Notes under the pieces: model-generated
The model's database searches: none
Told to the model about the DNA's origin: nothing
The model's input: only the letters and a program-made list of their open reading frames with translations
Part shown: one piece after another, positions 8,787 through 17,100 of the stretch
How the letters are laid out: every line of letters begins with the position of its first letter
Numbering within the stretch: position 1 is the stretch's first letter
IMG/VR virus record: IMGVR_UViG_3300049486_000058
Coordinates: 1-32,564 of that record
Origin: a virus
Lineage: Duplodnaviria > Caudoviricetes
Direction: 5' to 3' (one strand)
DNA length: 32,564 nucleotides
Program-made: the position numbers and the translations under genes

Positions 8787-9039
8787 TTTCAATCCCTGAT
8801 AGGGGTTAGATGAAATTGCAACCTGCCTGCTAATGATTTCATTCAATTTTTCTTCTAGTTTCAATCCCTGATAGGGGTTAGATGAAATTGCAACCTGCTA
8901 AAGTCAAGGTTTCAGCTATCAGGGTCTTATTGTTTCAATCCCTGATAGGGGTTAGATGAAATTGCAACATGATTTTGACTAATTCTTTTGCAGCATCTAT
9001 AGGTTTCAATCCCTGATAGGGGTTAGATGAAATTGCAAC
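8786..9039 (-). CRISPR. CRISPR mini-array, 4 repeats and 3 spacers, cyanobacterial type I-D-like repeat, no cas genes in the window
   Basis: Identical 37-bp repeats GTTTCAATCCCTGATAGGGGTTAGATGAAATTGCAAC at 8786-8822, 8858-8894, 8932-8968 and 9003-9039; unique spacers of 35, 37 and 34 bp; reverse complement has a CCCT-ATC-AGGG hairpin and ends in ATTGAAAC (typical Cas6 8-nt handle), so the minus strand is inferred. Confidence 0.96.
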
Positions 9040-9055
9040 TGCACTCTAACAGATA

Positions 9056-9322
9056 CTAACCCCGTGAGTCAAGGAACGCCCCGCCCAAATTGCGTGAGAT
9101 GGCAGGAACGACATCTCCCAAACGAATCCCAGAATTACTGATACTCTTAGCCCTCATCACCCCGCCATCAGGAAGATTAATCTTCTGCTGACCTGTAGCA
9201 GGGTCATAATCTGCCATCGTTCCTAATACTGATGATGCAGTCGATCGTTGCTGCCTTCTGTTGATCTGGGTGTGGCGGTAGTCGATTTCTGATTGTGCTT
9301 GTATGAGTCTTATATTTACCAT
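9056..9322 (-). CDS. Small tail-tip protein, last gene of the minus-strand late block
   Basis: 88 aa, overlaps 9316..10257; DYDPATGQQKINLPDGG resembles EYHQETGRYKVIYPNGG in the preceding gene. Confidence 0.75.
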   Translation of the reverse strand: MVNIRLIQAQSEIDYRHTQINRRQQRSTASSVLGTMADYDPATGQQKINLPDGGVMRAKSISNSGIRLGDVVPAISRNLGGAFLDSRG

Positions 9323-10257
9323 TTGAGTTTTAGCAAAGCTTGAGCGAAAGCAGCATTATCGTTGCCAGTGGACGGGGTTGCCCCAGAAGCCCAATCAACA
9401 TCACCTGAAAGAATAGTCCTAGTCGGTTTATGATATGCAATCCATGTAATATCAATGTTAGTGGGATTACTCCCATCTGATGCTGTACCAGCAGGAAGAA
9501 AAGATATTGGTGTCCCTCCTATTACTTGGCAACTAGCATTACCGTACAAAATATACGTCTTATCTTGAAGTTTAGCTGAATAGTTAAAAGATTGTAACCC
9601 GACATAACTATTATTAGTATCAACGCATCTTAAAGGAGAGTTTAGAAGTTGCATAATTTCATTAGCTTTTCGTCTCTCCAGAAAAAAATCGGAATGTTCT
9701 CCTGTTACGAAAACTATCCCGCCGTCTCTATTAAATTGTTTAATGCGTTGAACCTCCTGTGGTGATAGGGATTTCCCCATCATAGGTATATAAATTAATT
9801 TCAATCCCTTTATATTAGGTAAAAAATCATCATTGCTCTTACATTTTTTCCATTCATCTTTGTTCCTATCAGTCAGACCAGAGAAAAAATCAACTGCCAA
9901 ATCTGCATAACCACTCCAAGTTGGCTTTGTATAGCCAGTATTCCATACCAAGAACCCTTTTAAAGCATCCTGCTGTTTTTCTTCTTTTCCTAGAGGGATA
10001 TGATTTTTATAATCTAAACTAATAGATTGAGATCCATAAGCTTGGTTTGCCCTCACAATAGTCTCATCGGGTACACTGCTAGTAAATAATTTTTTACCAG
10101 CAATCACAGTACCACCATTTGGATAAATTACCTTATATCTACCAGTTTCTTGATGATATTCCCCTATTCTTAGCGGGGGTGATTGAGTATTTTGCTGCTT
10201 ATTTTCATACTCCAACCGAGAAAGATTTTGTAGTTGCCTAACTGCATCATCCATCAC
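9316..10257 (-). CDS. Tail-associated protein with a C-terminal GATase-like/DUF4350-like alpha-beta domain
   Basis: LSPQEVQRIKQFNRDGGIVFVTGEH and ILSGDVDW...DNAAFAQAL patterns; ATGA coupling to the upstream gene. Confidence 0.7.
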   Translation of the reverse strand: MMDDAVRQLQNLSRLEYENKQQNTQSPPLRIGEYHQETGRYKVIYPNGGTVIAGKKLFTSSVPDETIVRANQAYGSQSISLDYKNHIPLGKEEKQQDALKGFLVWNTGYTKPTWSGYADLAVDFFSGLTDRNKDEWKKCKSNDDFLPNIKGLKLIYIPMMGKSLSPQEVQRIKQFNRDGGIVFVTGEHSDFFLERRKANEIMQLLNSPLRCVDTNNSYVGLQSFNYSAKLQDKTYILYGNASCQVIGGTPISFLPAGTASDGSNPTNIDITWIAYHKPTRTILSGDVDWASGATPSTGNDNAAFAQALLKLKW

Positions 10258-10931
10258 AATACCACCCCATATTGGAAGATTTTCCCAGTGCTGTCTATGG
10301 TCTGGGTAAAAACGAAATCTTCATACCCTGCCAGAGTTCCTGCCGAATTTCCTCTTGTTAACATACCTCCACTGATAACCAGAAAGTAACGATAAGTTAT
10401 CGAACCCCCAGTCGGAATAAAGGGAATATTTACAGGGCCAATAGAAACTTGCTTTGTGTTGTAATTAATTAGAGCAGAAGGAAAAGTTATAGCTTGTCTG
10501 CTAGTACCGTAGTAATTAGGTACTTCTTTTCTAACCCATACATCCAAATCATCAATATCGCTTAATGGCTGTTCTGTGATGGTGGTTACTCCAGACCCGG
10601 AACTGGTTATATCAATTGCTGTTCCTGTTTTTGTCTGAGGATTGTAATTAGCCTCAGTACACAGCTTAAAATCATTTCCTGCTACATTAATAACCCGATA
10701 CTGTGTACCAATAGCCAATCCTCCGGGTACACCTCCACCAACATTAGCTGCAAAAACTCTACAGCCATTAACAAAATCATGACCAGTAGCAGTAATAGTA
10801 TCAGTTGAAATATTAACGGAAGTAACATTTACTGATGTGGGATTATCCAAAATTAACAAAGCATACCACCCAGTAGCTGAGTAAATTTCATTTAAGGCTC
10901 TTTCTTTTTCTTTCAATGATTTTACAAGCAT
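10254..10931 (-). CDS. Putative tail/baseplate structural protein
   Basis: TDTITATGHDFVNGCRV...GGLAIGTQYRVINVAGNDFKL is a beta module typical of phage tail proteins. Confidence 0.72.
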   Translation of the reverse strand: MLVKSLKEKERALNEIYSATGWYALLILDNPTSVNVTSVNISTDTITATGHDFVNGCRVFAANVGGGVPGGLAIGTQYRVINVAGNDFKLCTEANYNPQTKTGTAIDITSSGSGVTTITEQPLSDIDDLDVWVRKEVPNYYGTSRQAITFPSALINYNTKQVSIGPVNIPFIPTGGSITYRYFLVISGGMLTRGNSAGTLAGYEDFVFTQTIDSTGKIFQYGVVL

Positions 10932-11617
10932 AAATTATTAACCTCCAAATCATAAAAAATATAAAATAAAGCTAAATACTTCCTGAATTGCCACTTCCAG
11001 TAAAGTTGATAAGCCTTTAATAATCCAATTTCTATAACTAAAAAATCCCAAAGATACTGACTATGGCTTTGTTCATCACTGGATATTTTCTCTAATACTT
11101 TCTGCAAATGCCCTTGTGTACATTGAGTTAGAGCATGGTAAACATCATGCCCTATACTTTCCCCAACACACATAAATGCTAAAGCATCAACTAAATCATA
11201 ATCTTCTGCTTTTAAGTTATTGAAGAACTTTCTAAAAAAGTAGTATTTCAGACTTATGCCAGTAGTATGTATCCATTGCCTTTTAGGAAGTTGTGTGTCG
11301 CTTTCATAAACAAAATAGTTAGGATTATAAACAATAATTCCATGTGAGATATGCTCTCGTTTTCTTTGGGGTCGGTTTATACCATCAACCACTGACCAAA
11401 GCATCTTAGCGTGCTTTCCTTCTTGTTCTGCGTGCTGCTCTAATTCTTGAGAAAGTTTTTCTTTTCCAAAATCTTTGGCTTGAATAGATTTTTTCAAACA
11501 AAAATCTTGAAAGCCGCATTCAAGTTTACCCAAAAGCCGAATTAACTTCTCAATATCTGCCTTTTGAATAACTAAATGATTCACCAACAATTTAATAATA
11601 ATCTTTTGCAGCATCAA
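10922..11617 (-). CDS. Ferritin-like di-iron carboxylate protein
   Basis: Two ExxH motifs (HAEQEGKH, ISSDEQSH), each preceded about 30 aa upstream by a Glu (KLECG, VGESIG); overlaps both neighbours. Confidence 0.8.
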   Translation of the reverse strand: MMLQKIIIKLLVNHLVIQKADIEKLIRLLGKLECGFQDFCLKKSIQAKDFGKEKLSQELEQHAEQEGKHAKMLWSVVDGINRPQRKREHISHGIIVYNPNYFVYESDTQLPKRQWIHTTGISLKYYFFRKFFNNLKAEDYDLVDALAFMCVGESIGHDVYHALTQCTQGHLQKVLEKISSDEQSHSQYLWDFLVIEIGLLKAYQLYWKWQFRKYLALFYIFYDLEVNNLCL

Positions 11618-11985
11618 AATGATTCAATTCTAATAGTATTTGTTAAATTATTGACTGAAACACACAAGCAATCCCAAAAATTATTTTGGGAAGGATTTAC
11701 CTGAAAAAAAGAAAGGGCTATTACATCACCACTGCTAGGTTTTACTTTAAAGCTTCCCCCCTGATTTGGAAGATTCTTGTACCATTTCCTGCCAGCCAGA
11801 TTACTATTGGGTTTTCTATCCCAAGTATGTACCTGAATAATTCCTGTTCCAGTATGTCCAGGTCGAACAATAACTGAAAATGTGATCTCTTTACCATAAA
11901 GTTCCTGATTGAAAATTAAAGATTTGCCACCAACAGCGCAAGTACCACAATCAATCTCAGACATATTACCCCCTAAAACATCCAA
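11614..11985 (-). CDS. Hypothetical protein (beta-rich, CxxC near the N-terminus)
   Basis: Up to 123-aa ORF filling the gap between the hub-like and ferritin-like genes; likely start at MSEID. Confidence 0.6.
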   Translation of the reverse strand: MDVLGGNMSEIDCGTCAVGGKSLIFNQELYGKEITFSVIVRPGHTGTGIIQVHTWDRKPNSNLAGRKWYKNLPNQGGSFKVKPSSGDVIALSFFQVNPSQNNFWDCLCVSVNNLTNTIRIESF

Positions 11986-14137
11986 CCTCTACAGGATTAT
12001 TAACCAAGACATTATAATCATCCAAAGAAACTATGTTAAAGAAACCTGCATAGACAAAAACCCCATAATTATAATCAGCCTGTATATTCACAACGTAATT
12101 ACTAACTTGAATAGTAATTACGTCTTCTAAAGTATAAACCACGCTACTGGGATTTAGGAAAATCCCATAATCGTAATTAGCAATTATTTCACTTGGAGCT
12201 ACAGGGAAATAATCATCCTCTTTAATTGTAATTAAATAATCATAATTATTTTCCATCTTTACCACCTGCACAATAGGCGAAACTGGCACAGATGGTATTT
12301 CTGGTGGGACATCTCCAATAACTGGAATAGCCCCCACATAATTCCCAATAAAACTAAAAATACATCTACCATCCTGAATCAAAATAGCAGGAGAATCCAT
12401 AACAAAAGCCCCATTGTGGATATTAACCCTGCTGAATGGGCTTGGATTATCTAACCACTGTAAAGGAATTTCCGCAGTAACCATTCTTGACCGATATCTT
12501 TGATGCTGCAAACTACCCAATAAATAGGCAAGGTTTTGGCATTCTGCATCATTTGTAAGATAATTGCAATTCGCCTCAAATTCCTTTTCGTAATAAGGAC
12601 TAAAAGTAGCTGGTGAAAATCTGGCTTCTCCTTTGATTACTAGACTTCCTACCGGATTATCAGGTTCTCTAGTAGTCCACTGTGGAGGTGATTGATCAGG
12701 TTGTCTGTCTGTAGATTTTAATAATAAATCCCCAAGTTTGTAATATTTAGATTGTGATTCAATCTGCCCATTATTAGTAATAGTTTCTTCCACTTCAACA
12801 GAATCTCTTTGATAGAGAGTTCTGGTATACTCAAACCGTTCACATTTTGGGCGGTTCTCAATAATCCCACTACCTATAGCTAATTGCGCTTTACCTGTAC
12901 CTTCTCTCCAGGTTTCAATTACTTTTTCCTTAACAGCTAACGTGTATCTAGCTCCAAAAGATTCACTATTTCCTAAAGGAAATAAAGATTTTTTAACAGT
13001 TATTCTACTCCTTAATACTCCATCATCAAACCCACCTACCCTAGCAGTACCTGGTAGTAGTAAATTACTTTCTTCAATTGTGACAACTTCTGCTTCTACA
13101 GGAGCTGTATTTTTGGGGTAAAAGTCCGGCATTGCTACCCCAAGAGGTTTTATGGTTCTTGTTTCTTGCTTCGTTCTTCTCCCCTTAGAATCATAAAATT
13201 TAGTCTCTGTCGTATCCTCTAAATTAATCAAATTCATATTGCCTGGGAAGCCATCAGGCATCGCTAACCCCAAAGCCAATTCCACTAGAATTCTTCTGCT
13301 TTCCTTAGAAGAAGTTCTTACTGGAGGAAAAATAGTTTCCCGGCGCTGTACCACCTTTGCACCTTGAAAAGTAGCAAATTCCTCATTTATTTGTGGTTCA
13401 TCACTTTCGCAATCAGCAATTTTTTCGCAGCTGCCATTTACTCTCACAATTTCCGCAGGCAGTTCTAGTCCTGGCTGGCGCTCATAATCTTGAACTTGAT
13501 CCCTGGAATACTGAAACAGTACATCTCTATAAGGAGTATATTTAGCTGCTTGAATAATCTCGTTTCCATCACAGTACAGCCAGTACCCTCTCTCGCCACA
13601 TATCTGCTGTGCTAAAGAAACATAAGATTCATTAAATTTATTGGGCGGTACTTCAAATTTACCTGGGATGTTCGCTACTGAGGCCAAACCAGCCTTTTGC
13701 AACAGAGTATTCACCACTTCGTAAGCCAAGACACCTTGACGACTTACCCGAAATCCCAGCCCCTCAAAATCTTTTGGTGGAGATTCAAAATCTCTTAGCC
13801 CCAATTGGTCGGTTAATTCTGCCTGCCCAACACCCAAATCCTCGTCATAAAAATATCGCTTAATTCTTAATGTAGCAACTTGCCTTCCTTCTATCCTTAT
13901 TCTGATTGGGTGCATCCCCACAGCCCATCTTTGGGGATTTTCCAAATCATCCAGTGATTCAGGTAGAAGTCCAAAATGTGGTGGTTCTTTGATGGCGAAT
14001 GACCCCTGCCATGAGTATGGTGTTGATATCTCCACCCTTGGCCGACGCAAAACAAGACTTTGTAAAAGATAAGTAATATCCCACTCATCTGTTCCAATAG
14101 TTACTTGCCAATCAGGGACAACAAAATTCAAAGGCAT
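11966..14137 (-). CDS. Large tail/baseplate hub-like protein
   Basis: 723 aa directly after the tape measure; ESYVSLAQQICGERGYWLYCDGNE resembles hub proteins; synteny. Confidence 0.7.
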   Translation of the reverse strand: MPLNFVVPDWQVTIGTDEWDITYLLQSLVLRRPRVEISTPYSWQGSFAIKEPPHFGLLPESLDDLENPQRWAVGMHPIRIRIEGRQVATLRIKRYFYDEDLGVGQAELTDQLGLRDFESPPKDFEGLGFRVSRQGVLAYEVVNTLLQKAGLASVANIPGKFEVPPNKFNESYVSLAQQICGERGYWLYCDGNEIIQAAKYTPYRDVLFQYSRDQVQDYERQPGLELPAEIVRVNGSCEKIADCESDEPQINEEFATFQGAKVVQRRETIFPPVRTSSKESRRILVELALGLAMPDGFPGNMNLINLEDTTETKFYDSKGRRTKQETRTIKPLGVAMPDFYPKNTAPVEAEVVTIEESNLLLPGTARVGGFDDGVLRSRITVKKSLFPLGNSESFGARYTLAVKEKVIETWREGTGKAQLAIGSGIIENRPKCERFEYTRTLYQRDSVEVEETITNNGQIESQSKYYKLGDLLLKSTDRQPDQSPPQWTTREPDNPVGSLVIKGEARFSPATFSPYYEKEFEANCNYLTNDAECQNLAYLLGSLQHQRYRSRMVTAEIPLQWLDNPSPFSRVNIHNGAFVMDSPAILIQDGRCIFSFIGNYVGAIPVIGDVPPEIPSVPVSPIVQVVKMENNYDYLITIKEDDYFPVAPSEIIANYDYGIFLNPSSVVYTLEDVITIQVSNYVVNIQADYNYGVFVYAGFFNIVSLDDYNVLVNNPVEVGCFRG

Positions 14138-14138
14138 A

Positions 14139-17100
14139 CTACAAAGGCATTGATAGTCTAATTAAATCCATCACTTCATAAACTTTACCCATTTGATCCG
14201 TTTCTTGTTGGAAAATGAATTGATTATTACTGACAGGCTTCCGATTTTTTAGATCATCCCGTAAGCCTTGCACTTCCCTAGTCAGATGCTGCAAGCCACC
14301 GTTAATAGCACTTGCAGGTACAGCAGCCCCTAAACTGCCAGGATTCATCAATTCGGCTACCTTACGTGCTGAAACCGCATAGCTATTGGTATTGGGGACA
14401 ATTACTTCAGACACCCCAGGAATAAATTTTCCTCCAGGGCCATCCCCTACCAAGTACGGCTGACCTGCTTTCATTGGCCCTCCCGTAAATCGGGATGTAG
14501 GAGCAGTAGGGGTACTGCTGCCATTACCACTGTTAACCGCTTCATTAGCCTTCTTCATAGATTCAGCAAATTTAGCAGCTTCTATCTGTGCTAATTCTAT
14601 AGACTGTGAAGCTTCTCTAGATTTATCCGCAAAGTCTAATTGTGCCAGTTCAGCTTTCTGGTCAGCATTGAGTTTCTTACGTTCACTCTCAGCCAATTGC
14701 GGTTGTAATTGTAACTGGGCTTGTGCATTTTTTACATTCTCAGCAGCTAGTTGAGACTGCTGCTTACTTAACTCTAAAGCTTGTTGTGCGTTTTTAATCG
14801 CTTCTTGGTCTTGTGGATTTTGCAAAGCTTTATCTAAAGCTGCTTGATTGGCATTAACGTTTTGTTTAGCTTGATTTTCAGCTATTTTAGCATTGGTTAA
14901 AGCCTGTTTTGCGGTCAGTTCCGCTTCTTGAAGTTTCAACGCTAAAGACTGCTTTGCTCTTTCCTGATCTGCTAGGGCTGCTGCCCGTTTCTGTTCGGCA
15001 ATCTTGTCTTCAACAGCTTGGCGTTGGTAAACCAAATCTAATTCCGTAGTAGCTGCGTCAATGTTTAAATCATTGAGTGCTTTTTCTAGAATTAGCCTAG
15101 CTTCAAGGCTTTGGGTAGAGTCGATGGCCTTGCGAATTTCTAGGGCTTTTGCCAAGCTATCAAGTTCTCCCTGGCTTTGAATTTGTTGGAGGTTGGCTAG
15201 TGATTTTTGTAAATTAGCCCTAGACTCTAATAATTTTGTACTAATATCTATGGATTTTTGGATCGCCTCAAATCCAGCTTTTTCCTTCTCCAAATCAGCT
15301 GTGATTTGAGCAGAAGCCCTAGACTGAGCAGCAGCCCTATCTTCAATAGCTTTAATTGCTATCGCCCGTAAGTTTTCCTGTTGCGCTTGTTCATTTTGCA
15401 GCAATTCTAGGGTCAGTGAAGCGGTGCGACTTCTACTGACTCTTATCTTTGCCTGCCGTGCCTCCTCATCCTCTGGATTAGCCGCTTTTGGCAGTGCCAG
15501 TAATTTTTGAAGTTTTTCCGCTTCGAGCTTCAGTTCTGCATTAATGCTTTCTTTTTTAGCGTTCAGTCGTTGCTGATCGGCTTGCTGTTTTAGCAAGCCT
15601 TCCTTATTGACTGACTTCTGAATTTCAATCAGGCGCTCTGTTTCACTCAGTTTTATAGCGTCAGCAGCCTTACCTAAAGAAACCTCTAAATCCTTCAGGT
15701 AAACTGCCTGCTGTTTTTTCTGCCCCTCAGTTCGGACTTTCAACAGTTCTACTTGCTGTTGGCGCTCTTTTTCCACTAACTGTTGTGCAATGTCACCATT
15801 GCCACGTCCCTCTTGTCTCTCCCGTGCCAGGGCTTCACGGGTTAGTTGCAAGCGCTTTTCTATCTCCTGCTGCTTCAAAGCTGTCAGTTTGCGTTCTCCC
15901 TCAATCTGAGGCACTTGTCCCGCCTCAATCTCAGCCTGAAGTTTTTGTTGCTGGAATTTCAGATCAGCTATTTCCTGTTCACCGTCTTCTTGCCGAACTT
16001 TGGCAGCAGCTTTTAACCCCTGTACCCTAACCTTGAGCAATTCAAGCTGTTGTTGACGCTCTTTTTCAACTAACTGTTGTGCAGTGTCACCATTGCCACG
16101 TCCCTCTTGTCTCTCCCGTGCCAGGGCTTCGCGGGTAGCTTGTAGGCGTTTCTCTAACTCCTGCTGCTTCAGTGCGGTGATTTGCTTTTCTCCGTCAACT
16201 TGCCTGATTTGACCTGTTTCGATTTCGTTCTGAATTTTTTGTTGTTGGAATTTGAGGTCAGCCACCTGTTGATCAGCTTCTCGCTGTTTGATTTTCGTGA
16301 TTGCTTCCGTAGCGGCTACCTGTTGCTCAAATGCAATTTTAGTGTTGTTTTTGACACTCTTTAAATCCTTGATTGCTTCTGCTGCTGAAATTTGCCCCAA
16401 CTGACGACGTTTCTCAGTCAAACCAATCAATTCTTTGGCTGACCTATTAGCCAATTCAGTATCACCACTCGCGCCCTCTGCTAACACTCGTTTAGCATTT
16501 TCCGCTTCATTAGCGAGTTGCTTATAGGTGTCGCCAAGTTCTTGCAGGTCTTTTGCCTGAACTTGAATATTGGTAATTGAATTTTTAAATTGGCTATCTA
16601 ATTTTTCTAAAGTTTTGATTTGTCTTTCAAGCTCGACAATCTGAGCTTTTACATTTTCCTTATTTTCTGTTCCAACTAAGCTGGCTTGCACCAGTTCAGT
16701 GCGGTGTGTTTTAATTTGTTTAATTAAATCTTGGTTACTCAAACGAGCTTGTTTCTCAGTCTCTATTTGCTCTTGGGTGAGTTGAGTACCTTCTTTTTCA
16801 GCTTGATTTCTCAATTCTAAAGCTGCTCTTAATTTCTGATTATTAACTAAAGCTTCCTCAGATAATTGGGCAGTGATATTAGAGTAGGTTTCAGCCGCAG
16901 TAGTGGCATCATTATAAGCCCCACTTAAAAGCCCAACAGTAGTTTGTGCAAGTTCAATTGTCTGAGCAGCATCTACTACAATTTGAGCTAATTGATTAAT
17001 TAGGGGAGATAGTAATTCTATAATTCCAGCTATAGTTGTAGCTGTAGCTTTGAACCCAGTTAAGAGTAAATCTCCAACTGTTTCAGCAGCAGGAGCAAGT

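Noticed and set aside
8304-10257. Genes flanking the array as possible cas or RNA-guided effector genes
   Set aside because: No RAMP, RuvC, HD, HEPN or Cas1/2 motifs were recognised; they are coupled into tail operons. A remote-homology search would be needed to exclude this fully.
11602-11615. 14-nt match between spacer 3 (TCTTTTGCAGCATC) and the start of the ferritin-like gene, suggesting crRNA-guided self-regulation
   Set aside because: With minus-strand crRNAs the PAM-proximal positions 1, 3 and 5 mismatch and the adjacent triplet is ATC, not GTN; a match this short in AT-rich DNA could be chance. Worth rechecking only if conserved in relatives.
15720-16290. Tape measure duplication as a diversity-generating retroelement template/variable repeat pair
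   Set aside because: No reverse transcriptase in the window; both copies are tandem within one coiled-coil ORF and the differences are not adenine-specific.
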